A stretch of 64,000 nt of DNA from Nitrospirota bacterium (lineage in GTDB: Bacteria; Nitrospinota_A; UBA7883), in NCBI GenBank assembly GCA_024275315.1, contig JAJRZK010000058.1, positions 136,448 through 200,447 on the forward strand, in the 5' to 3' direction. This document shows positions 30,406 through 38,460 of this stretch, piece after piece. Numbering within the stretch: position 1 is the stretch's first letter; the number at the start of each line of letters is the position of its first letter. A model generated the notes under the pieces. It ran no database searches and was not told where the DNA came from. It saw only the letters and a list, made by a program, of their open reading frames with translations. A program made the translations under genes and the position numbers.

Positions 30406-31476
30406 ATGGGTAAATCGAGGGCAGTTGCAACTCATGACGCTATAAGGTTTTTCAATGGGAACGGAGCAGGGGAGCGATTGCTCAACGTTTCCTATGTCCC
30501 GGTCACCGAAATCGATGAGTTTGTGTGTTTCGCGGGTGACTGTCTCATGGCGGTCGTTTTTTTTGACGCAAAACCACACTTTGAACCGAGGCCGGGCCTT
30601 CCTGTCGTAATAACACAGATGAAACAGCTGGGCGAAACGCCCATGGCTGAAGTGTGGACATCTTCTTCACCGGTCATCTGCGGAACCAGCGGCGACATTT
30701 CATTTTCCCAGAATGCGGAGCTTCTTTTTGGCCATATTTGCGTCGATGAAGCTGGCGCCGGCTCGCTGGATGATATTTCACGACTCGCCTATAAGCAGAT
30801 AACAGGTTTTATCCGGGCCAGGGGGCTTCCCCATCTTCTGCGCACATGGAACTATTTTCCATCCATTAATGAAGAAGTCGGCGGGATGGAGCGTTATAAA
30901 AGGTTCTGTATAGGACGATCCGACGGGTTGCGGGGGGCGTACACAGATGACAGTCCCCGGCGTTTCCCCGCCGCGTCGGCTGTCGGTTCTGATGGAAAAG
31001 TGTTTACGATATATTTTATTGCGTCGCGGACACCGGGAAGTCATATTGAAAATCCGCGCCAGGTAAGCGCCTACAGGTATCCAGCCGAATATGGTCCGAA
31101 AAGCCCGTTGTTTTCACGCGCCATATATTATGAATCGGCGCAGGAGCAATGGCTGTTCCTCGCGGGCACTTCAAGTATAGTCGGCCACAAGACCTTGCAC
31201 GCGGGCGATCTGAACAAACAGTTTGCCGAGACTTTCCGCAATATCGAGTCGCTCCTCGCGCATGCTGAGTCGGTTGGCTGTGGAGGGTTTAAAACTCCCC
31301 GGGATTTTTCCCTGCTGAAAGTCTATCTGCGTGACGGGGACTGTCTGGAGGATGCGACCGGCTTGGTGGAGGGTTTCTTCGGGCCGGATACCATGAGCGT
31401 CTACCTTCGTGGAGACATCTGCCGTAGCGACCTTATGCTGGAGATCGAATGCGTCGGATACAGAAAATCGGGTTAA
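30406..31476 (+). CDS. FkbO/Hyg5/XanB2-family chorismatase-like protein with a RidA (YjgF)-like C-terminal domain
   Basis: About 356 aa. The C-terminal segment (IVGHKTLHAGDLNKQFAETFRNIESLL...LEIECVGY) resembles RidA-fold proteins. Overall size and architecture match chorismatases that produce 3-/4-hydroxybenzoate. This call is not verified by a database search. Confidence 0.5.
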   Translation: MGKSRAVATHDAIRFFNGNGAGERLLNVSYVPVTEIDEFVCFAGDCLMAVVFFDAKPHFEPRPGLPVVITQMKQLGETPMAEVWTSSSPVICGTSGDISFSQNAELLFGHICVDEAGAGSLDDISRLAYKQITGFIRARGLPHLLRTWNYFPSINEEVGGMERYKRFCIGRSDGLRGAYTDDSPRRFPAASAVGSDGKVFTIYFIASRTPGSHIENPRQVSAYRYPAEYGPKSPLFSRAIYYESAQEQWLFLAGTSSIVGHKTLHAGDLNKQFAETFRNIESLLAHAESVGCGGFKTPRDFSLLKVYLRDGDCLEDATGLVEGFFGPDTMSVYLRGDICRSDLMLEIECVGYRKSG

Positions 31477-31489
31477 GCGGCGCCGCCAA

Positions 31490-31756
31490 TCATTTGTTTC
31501 TGTGTTCTTCTATGTAGTCACCCAGCGATCGGAGTGAGGAGAAGACTTTTGCGACATCTGCGGTGTCTGTTGTAAGTTTTACACCATATTGCTCGGATAC
31601 AAGTATGCTTATCTCGAGCGCGTCTATTGAATCCAACCCCAGCCCTTCGCCAAACAATGGCTCCTCCGGGACGATCTGGTTCGGGTCGATCTCCAGGTTC
31701 AGAGTCTCTACGATCATGTGCGCCAGTTCTTTTTCTATTCCCTTGAATTCATCCAT
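31490..31756 (-). CDS. Acyl carrier protein (discrete, non-AcpP context)
   Basis: 88 aa with the GLDSIDALE phosphopantetheine attachment motif. Confidence 0.8.
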   Translation of the reverse strand: MDEFKGIEKELAHMIVETLNLEIDPNQIVPEEPLFGEGLGLDSIDALEISILVSEQYGVKLTTDTADVAKVFSSLRSLGDYIEEHRNK

Positions 31757-31908
31757 ATTGTGGAAACCGTTTTGATTAGAGCTGATATAATTTTATTTAG
31801 GTGGAAAATTATAGCATCTTACAAAAAGGGTCATAGGGAAAACTGGAAGTTGTGATTTCATCCATAGAGTGGCGGTATGCTGTCGCTTCTGACGATTACA
31901 GCGTACAG

Positions 31909-31948
31909 CCGCGATCTGGTGTTGTTTAGATCACCGCGGCGATTTTTT
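31909..31948 (+). terminator. Terminator-like imperfect hairpin (CCGCGATCT...AGATCACCGCGG) followed by T6, 14 nt upstream of the DUF218 gene start
   Basis: Read directly from the sequence. It is flanked by two copies of TTCTGACG(A/T)(T/A)AC. Confidence 0.3.
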
Positions 31949-31961
31949 CTGACGTAACTGT

Positions 31962-32657
31962 ATGCGATCATCAAACAGCCTGGGATCTATGACCGGCCCT
32001 GACGGGATGGTCATGCTGGTTTTGTCCTGCGTTGTGATGATAGCCACCGCGGGGGTTTCATTCCTTTGCGCGCTTGTGACCACTACCCGGATGGCGCTTG
32101 CGTCATCGAATACCGGCCAACGGTTTTCCATGATACTGGCCTTGGGAAAACGTCTTGGAAAAGACGGGATCAGCCACGATTTCAGGCGCCGCCTGGACAG
32201 GTCGATATCCCTGTATTCAGAATCTGAAAACGCCACGATCATTGTGATCGGAGGGAAAAGGGATGGCGACAGAATTACGGAAGCTCAAGCGGGACGCGAT
32301 TATCTTCTGAATAAGGGAGTTCCGCCGGCCAGCGTGATACTGGAGGATAGATCACGACATACGCTGGAAAATCTGCGTGAGACCAGAGACATACTTGAAA
32401 AAATGACATCTACCGGTTCAGATTCCACCTATCCGGTTGCGCTGGTGTCGAACCGCTACCACTTGGCCCGATGCGGCATGATCGCCAGGGGCCTGGGAAT
32501 ACGCCATGTCCTATGCCCCGCCGAAGACAGCCTGCCTTCGGATGTTTCAACGGTGTTGAATCTGGTTGTGGAGGCCTTTTTTGTCCATTGGTACAAGGTG
32601 GGCGATCTTTTTTCAACCCTGACGAATAATCAAAAGATGCTCGGCAGGATCAGATAA
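31962..32657 (+). CDS. DUF218 (YdcF/ElyC/SanA-like) protein
   Basis: IVIGGKRDGDRITEAQAGRDYLLNKGVPPASVILEDRSRHTLENL is the characteristic DUF218 core. It has an N-terminal TM segment. Confidence 0.6.
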   Translation: MRSSNSLGSMTGPDGMVMLVLSCVVMIATAGVSFLCALVTTTRMALASSNTGQRFSMILALGKRLGKDGISHDFRRRLDRSISLYSESENATIIVIGGKRDGDRITEAQAGRDYLLNKGVPPASVILEDRSRHTLENLRETRDILEKMTSTGSDSTYPVALVSNRYHLARCGMIARGLGIRHVLCPAEDSLPSDVSTVLNLVVEAFFVHWYKVGDLFSTLTNNQKMLGRIR

Positions 32658-32664
32658 CAATTGA

Positions 32665-33270
32665 ATGTATAGCATGAACCCCATCAAATCGCGAGGTATG
32701 GCGATAGCGGCGAAAACGATTGAAACCGCGCCCCTGGCCGTGGCTCCGTTCGTTGCGTATTACATGTTCACGCGCTCTGGTTATTATGCGGCTTTTATCG
32801 CTCTTGTGGGTCTTGTGTCGGTTTCCCGTGTGTTACTTCTCAGGGACAGGCGTTTGCGGATGTCTGTTCTGCGGCATATGGGGCTGATCGGGCTTTACAT
32901 GATTTTCGGGCTTGTCTTCCCGCATATCCTGGTTGTCAAACTGCTTCCGGCTTTTATCAACCTGGCGCTTTTTATCATGTTCACCAATTCCATTTTCCAT
33001 CCTCCGTCGATCATCGAAACGTTCGCGGAGGCGATGACGAAAACAAGGCTTGGCGAAGACCAGGTGTCGTATTGCAGAAAAGTTACAGCGATGTGGTCAG
33101 TTTTTTTCATTCTCGACCTGGCGCTGGTCGTCTACGTGGCCCTTTTCAGGCCTATGCTGGATTGGGCCATTGTTACAGGAGTTATAAACTATATTCTGAT
33201 CGCCGTCCTGTTCCTTGGCGAACTGGCGTACCGCAAGGTTTTCTTCGAATCGGCCAGAGCGAAGGGATAG
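32665..33270 (+). CDS. Hypothetical polytopic membrane protein
   Basis: 201 aa with 5-6 predicted TM helices and no motif. Confidence 0.45.
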   Translation: MYSMNPIKSRGMAIAAKTIETAPLAVAPFVAYYMFTRSGYYAAFIALVGLVSVSRVLLLRDRRLRMSVLRHMGLIGLYMIFGLVFPHILVVKLLPAFINLALFIMFTNSIFHPPSIIETFAEAMTKTRLGEDQVSYCRKVTAMWSVFFILDLALVVYVALFRPMLDWAIVTGVINYILIAVLFLGELAYRKVFFESARAKG

Positions 33271-33353
33271 ACGTAGTATTCACATGCAACGGTGAAAAGG
33301 ATTGTCAGGCGGACGATTCACCTGCGAGTTCGTTTTTGCTTACACTTCTGATC

Positions 33354-35189
33354 CTACGCCGCTTCTGTTTTCTTGCGTTGTTTTTTGCGATCTTCTTCGT
33401 TGAGCAGTTTTTTCCTGATCCGTAAAGAATCCGGGGTGACCTCGGCGAGCTCGTCGTCAGCCAGATACTCCAGGCACTGCTCCAGCGACATGATTCTTGG
33501 CGGAGCCAGCCTCACCGTGTCGTCAGATGAGACCGAACGCATGTTTGTCAGTTTTTTCCCTTTTGTAACCTTTACGACAAGGTCGTTTTCCTTGTTGTTT
33601 TCGCCGACCACCATACCCTCGTAGACGCGCGCTCCGGGTTCTACAAAGAACTCGCCCCTGTCAGAGAGCCTGTCCAGGGCGTACGCGGTGGCTATTCCCT
33701 GGTCCTGGCTGATCAACGATCCGTTGCGGCGCCCCTCGATCGGGCCCGCCCATGGAATATGCCGATGAAAAGAGTGCGTGACGACAGCGCAACCGCGGGT
33801 CTCGGTCATCAGCTCCGACTGCATACCGATCAGTCCGCGGGCCGGGATGGTAAACTCTAAGCGCACTTGCCCTTTTTCCATGTTCGCCATGTTTTTCAGC
33901 TCGCCCCGTCTCGACCCTAATTTTTCTATCACCTTGCCGGAATATTCCTCCTCCACATCCACGATAACGAACTCTTCCGGCTCCATGACAACATCGCCAA
34001 CTGTTTTCGTGATAATTTTCGGACGTGAAACCGATAGCTCGTAACCCTCCCGGCGCATGGTCTCGATGAGTATGGACAGGTGCAACTCTCCCCTGCCGGA
34101 CACTTCGAAAGCCTCTCCCCCCTCGGCCCGCTTCACCCGCAACGCCAGGTTGGATCGCAACTCCCGCATAAGGCGATCCTCCAGGCTCCGTCCCGTGAGC
34201 TTGTCGCCCGACAACCCGGCGAATACCGACGTGTTGATGGAAAAGTTCATGGATATTGTGGGTTCGTCTATTTCTATGGCAGGCAACGCCTCGGGCAAAT
34301 CGCGGTTGGCCAGCGTCTCTCCTATGTCGAGCTTTTTAAAACCAGCCGCGACCATGACTATGTCTCCGGCCGCCGCTGTATCGGTCTCCTTGCGTTCGAG
34401 CCTCTCAAACGTAAACAGTTTCTGTATCTTGGTAAACGAAATATCACCCGCCCTGTCGATCCTGGCGATACTTTCGCTAGCGCGCACCGTTCCCCTGTCA
34501 ACCTTCCCGACAGCCATCAGGCCAAGATAGTTGTCGTACAAGACAGAAGTAACCAGCATCCTGAATGGCTCCTTTAAATTAACCAGGGGAGGCTCCACCT
34601 TGTCGATGATGGTGTCAAGCAGTGGCGCCATGGAATCGCCAACGCTCCCGGGGTCGAGGGTGGCCACGCCATTTTTTGCGGATGTGTATACGGTGTGAAA
34701 ATCGAGCTGTCTGTCATTTGCGCCGAGAGCGGCGAACAGGTCGAACACCTGGTTGAGCACCCAGTCCGGGCGTGCGTCGGGCCTGTCTATCTTGTTTATT
34801 ACAACCACCGGGGCAAGCCCTATTTCCAGGGCGTTTTTTAACACATATTTTGTTTGGGGCATGGGGCCATCCACTGCGTCCACCAGCAGGAGGGCTCCGT
34901 CCACCATCTTCATTATCCGCTGGACCTCCCCGCCAAAATCGGCGTGGCCGGGTGTGTCCACTATGTTGATTTTCACATTATTCCAGGTAACCGCCGCGTT
35001 TTTGGAAAAGATGGTAATGCCCCTCTCCTTTTCCAGGTCGTTGGCGTCCATCACCCTTTCCTCCACCGTCTCGTTATCCCGAAACATCCCGGCTTGCCTG
35101 AAAAGGGCGTCAACAAGGGTGGTTTTGCCGTGGTCGACGTGGGCTATCACGCAGATGTTTCGTGTATCGTGTCTTCTTTTCATGTTCAC
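33354..35189 (-). CDS. typA: Translational GTPase TypA/BipA
   Basis: IRNICVIAHVDHGKTTLVDAL, DTPGHADF, and EF-G-like domains in a 611 aa protein. Confidence 0.9.
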   Translation of the reverse strand: MNMKRRHDTRNICVIAHVDHGKTTLVDALFRQAGMFRDNETVEERVMDANDLEKERGITIFSKNAAVTWNNVKINIVDTPGHADFGGEVQRIMKMVDGALLLVDAVDGPMPQTKYVLKNALEIGLAPVVVINKIDRPDARPDWVLNQVFDLFAALGANDRQLDFHTVYTSAKNGVATLDPGSVGDSMAPLLDTIIDKVEPPLVNLKEPFRMLVTSVLYDNYLGLMAVGKVDRGTVRASESIARIDRAGDISFTKIQKLFTFERLERKETDTAAAGDIVMVAAGFKKLDIGETLANRDLPEALPAIEIDEPTISMNFSINTSVFAGLSGDKLTGRSLEDRLMRELRSNLALRVKRAEGGEAFEVSGRGELHLSILIETMRREGYELSVSRPKIITKTVGDVVMEPEEFVIVDVEEEYSGKVIEKLGSRRGELKNMANMEKGQVRLEFTIPARGLIGMQSELMTETRGCAVVTHSFHRHIPWAGPIEGRRNGSLISQDQGIATAYALDRLSDRGEFFVEPGARVYEGMVVGENNKENDLVVKVTKGKKLTNMRSVSSDDTVRLAPPRIMSLEQCLEYLADDELAEVTPDSLRIRKKLLNEEDRKKQRKKTEAA

Positions 35190-35264
35190 CGCATCGTATT
35201 AAAACTTGCAAGTATAACACAAAATCAGAGTGGGAAAGGGGGGAATAGCATAACCGGATTGCGA

Positions 35265-35525
35265 CTATTCGATATCTTTTTTTATTTTTTCGAACTCCTC
35301 TTTGTTGATCTCTCCTCCTGCGTATCTTTTTTTCAATATATCAAGCGGGGTTTCCAAGGGGTCTGATTGCAGTTGAGCGTCACCTTGCCCATGGGTCCCG
35401 CCCATGCGGCACATCATCCCTCCCCGAAGCATTATAAAAACGCATACAGCGATAAAAAGGAAAAACAGAAACGGCATGAATGGAAACCCGCCCATGCCCC
35501 ACCAGCCATGATATTCAGCTCCCAC
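35265..35525 (-). CDS. SHOCT-domain small membrane protein
   Basis: Hydrophobic N-terminus and C-terminal LDILKKRYAGGEINKEEFEKIKKDI (SHOCT motif). Confidence 0.55.
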   Translation of the reverse strand: MGAEYHGWWGMGGFPFMPFLFFLFIAVCVFIMLRGGMMCRMGGTHGQGDAQLQSDPLETPLDILKKRYAGGEINKEEFEKIKKDIE

Positions 35526-35869
35526 TATTCGATTCTTCCTTTTTTTGCATCTGTCAATAATATAGGTATTGCTGCATCACAAATTCAACTCGCGTTTGAA
35601 ATAAGTGGCGGGTCTGGTGGTGGGCGCGGAGTTTGGGTTCGGCTAAATTTGCCGATACGGGATTTTAATCGCGTCTGGAGGGGCGTTTAGATGGATCGTT
35701 TGTGGCGCAAATCAGGACACATGCCATCTGAAAAAATATGAAATTTCCCTGGGATCACGCACAATAGCTCAAATAACAATGTTTTGGCATCAGGCGCGCT
35801 TATTGCTACTATAAAAAGCCTTGATAATTCAAGCTTGCAAAGGCTAATGTCGGAGCCGGGTGGAAAAAG

Positions 35870-37327
35870 ATGAATGAACAAAGCGATGAAAACGCGAAAC
35901 CGGTTGTACTTGTTGTCGATGACGACCCGGAAAATATAAATATCCTGAAACGTCCCTTCGCCAAGGGGGGGTATATGTTGCTCACGGCAGGCTCTGGCAA
36001 GGAGGCTCTTGAACTTCTGGAAAACAACAAGATCGATGTGGTGTTGCTCGACTGGATGATGCCGGTCATGTCTGGCATCGATGTCCTGAGAGAAATCAAG
36101 GCCAGGGACGAGTGGAAGTTCATACAGGTGATCATGGTCACAGCCAAAGCCACGTCCGAGGATGTCAGCGCAGGTTTGCGGTTTGGAGCCAACGATTATC
36201 TTACCAAGCCCATAAAAAGGCTGGAGCTTATGGCCCGCGTAGCGGCGAGCATGAGAGAGCGCAGGCTCATGCTTCAACTCGAGGAGAGCAACGCAAACCT
36301 GGTGGAACTCAACAGCGAACTGGAAAAGCGGAACGAGTTTATAAAGGACCTGTTCGGAAGATATATCTCTGACGAGGTGGTGGCAAAGCTGCTTGAAACG
36401 CCCCATGGCTTTGCGCTCGGCGGGGACAAACGAAAAGTTTCTGTCCTGGTTTCGGACTTGCGCGGTTTTTCGATCATTTGTGAAAAACTGCCATCTGAAA
36501 ACGTAGTCGAAATGTTGAACAAATACTTTGAGACCATGATAGACATCATCGCCCGGTACCAGGGTACCATATGCGACTTTGTAGGTGACGCGATAATGGC
36601 GCTGTTCGGGGCTCCGATCCAGCGGGAGGATGATTCAAAACGGGCGATTGCGTGCGCCATCGAAATGCAAAACGCAATGCGATCTGTAAACGTGCGCAAC
36701 AAAACCGCCGGCCTTCCGGAGCTGGAAATGGGTATTGGCGTCAACACGGGAGTCGTCGTCGCGGGTAACATCGGCTCTTTTAAGCGGGTGAAATACGGGG
36801 TGGTGGGAGCGGCGGTTAACATCGCCTCGAGGATAGAAACCTGCACTGTGGGAGGGCAGATACTCATATCCGAACCCACGTTGAACGATGCCGGCGCAGA
36901 TATAAAGATTGGCAAAAAATTCTCTGTGCATTTCAAGGGGGCGAGCGAACCTGTGCCGATATACGAGGTCCGGGGCATCGATGATAATTATAATGTGCGG
37001 CTGGATGAGCAGGCGTTTTCGTTCACCACGATCAGCGACGACAGGATGATATATTTTGTCGTAATGGAAGGCAAATCCTCATCAGCTTCAGCGAAAAAGG
37101 CAAAAATACTGAAACTTTCCGAGAAAGAGGTCGTGTTTTCAACTCAAACCGCGATCGATCCGTTAAGCGACCTCAAGCTTTCGTTCACTGAAAACGCACC
37201 GGGAACCGATTGTTTTTACGGGAAACTGATGGAAAAAATCATCGATCCGGCCGACTCGTACCTGGTTCGTTTTACCTCCTCACCTGAGATAGTGAAGCGA
37301 TACCTGTCAGACATTTCATCCATGTAA
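35870..37327 (+). CDS. Response-regulator receiver fused to a class III adenylate/guanylate cyclase (CHD) domain plus an uncharacterised roughly 110-aa C-terminal domain
   Basis: REC domain (VLVVDDDPENI...LLDWMMP...VTAK), cyclase domain (VSVLVSDLRGFS...FVGDAIMALFGAP...VGAAVNIASR), and a C-terminal tail of unknown fold. Confidence 0.8.
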   Translation: MNEQSDENAKPVVLVVDDDPENINILKRPFAKGGYMLLTAGSGKEALELLENNKIDVVLLDWMMPVMSGIDVLREIKARDEWKFIQVIMVTAKATSEDVSAGLRFGANDYLTKPIKRLELMARVAASMRERRLMLQLEESNANLVELNSELEKRNEFIKDLFGRYISDEVVAKLLETPHGFALGGDKRKVSVLVSDLRGFSIICEKLPSENVVEMLNKYFETMIDIIARYQGTICDFVGDAIMALFGAPIQREDDSKRAIACAIEMQNAMRSVNVRNKTAGLPELEMGIGVNTGVVVAGNIGSFKRVKYGVVGAAVNIASRIETCTVGGQILISEPTLNDAGADIKIGKKFSVHFKGASEPVPIYEVRGIDDNYNVRLDEQAFSFTTISDDRMIYFVVMEGKSSSASAKKAKILKLSEKEVVFSTQTAIDPLSDLKLSFTENAPGTDCFYGKLMEKIIDPADSYLVRFTSSPEIVKRYLSDISSM

Positions 37328-37478
37328 GGCGCTTACCACAAAAAACCTGTAAACAATTCCGTGCAACCGTTCTGATCCTCCGCACACCCCGTGATTATTT
37401 TGACCTTCGCTTTTTTGCGGACGGTTTGATTTTTTCAAGCCGCGGTTCAGTTGCATGGTTGGCCACCTCCGGAGGCTG

Positions 37479-38378
37479 TCAGGGTTTTGTCTGTTCCCCA
37501 AGCGCATTAAAAAAACTGTTGGTGTTGAAACGCATCATTTCAAAATAGCCGCGCCTGCCTTCCACACCACCCACAGGATCCACAACGGCCACACCCACCC
37601 CGGCTTCTTCGGCCAGGGTTTTGCCGAGTTGACGGTTGAACTGCGGTTCGACCATGACCGCTTTTGCTTTTGCGCGTTTTATTTTGTCTATCAGGGCGGC
37701 CATGTGTTTTGCCGAAGGCTCCCGGCCGGGGGCGGCCTCTATTACGCCAATCTGTTTCAGCCCATACCTGCGGGCAAAATAAAACCAGGAGTTGTGAAAC
37801 GCCACGTATCTACCCCTGGCGTTTTTCAGCTTGTCCGATATCTCCCTGTCCAGAGCCAGCAGGGATTCAACCAACTTGTCCGTGTTTTCATTGAACCTGT
37901 CCGCCTCTTTCGGAGCGCGGGCGACAAATACGTCCCGTATCGTCTTGACCACGGGAATCATCAATCCCGGATCGAGCCAGTAATGGGGGTTTTTAGAATG
38001 GTGGCTATGGGCCGATTTCGTGTTGCGTTCGTTTTCCCAGCCGGTGGATTCCACGATCGCCAAAGAGCAATCGACCATAACAGCCCCGCTCCCGCCCGCC
38101 GATTCGACCAGACGCACAAGCCAGCCGTCAAGCCCCAAACCCACCATTACCACAACATCCGACGATGCGATCCGTCTGGCGTCTCCGGGTGTCGGTTCAT
38201 AGCTATGCGGGCCTCGGCCCGGTTTTAGGATAGTATAAACTTTCACAGATTCGCCTCCGATTTTTTGGGCCAGATCGGCGAACGGAGCGATGGTGGCCAC
38301 CACCTTCAGGGGCGCGGCGGCCGCAGGCGCGGCGAAAAGCAAAACCAGCGCAATGGCCGCAAATAAAGAGTTGAACAT
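37479..38378 (-). CDS. Metal (Zn/Mn) ABC transporter substrate-binding protein, ZnuA/TroA-like (orphan; no permease or ATPase adjacent)
   Basis: Signal peptide MFNSLFAAIALVLLFAAPAAAAP, followed by KVVATIAPFADLAQKIGG...HSYEP and a His-rich loop (HSHHSKNPHYWLDP). I trimmed the start from the ORF-track 38528 to the Met at 38378. Confidence 0.8.
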   Translation of the reverse strand: MFNSLFAAIALVLLFAAPAAAAPLKVVATIAPFADLAQKIGGESVKVYTILKPGRGPHSYEPTPGDARRIASSDVVVMVGLGLDGWLVRLVESAGGSGAVMVDCSLAIVESTGWENERNTKSAHSHHSKNPHYWLDPGLMIPVVKTIRDVFVARAPKEADRFNENTDKLVESLLALDREISDKLKNARGRYVAFHNSWFYFARRYGLKQIGVIEAAPGREPSAKHMAALIDKIKRAKAKAVMVEPQFNRQLGKTLAEEAGVGVAVVDPVGGVEGRRGYFEMMRFNTNSFFNALGEQTKP

Positions 38379-38460
38379 TACCAAACTTCCCTTATCATTG
38401 TTTGTTAGAATACATCGATAATATTCGATCACAAGCAGTTTCGAAAAAAGATCATAACGT

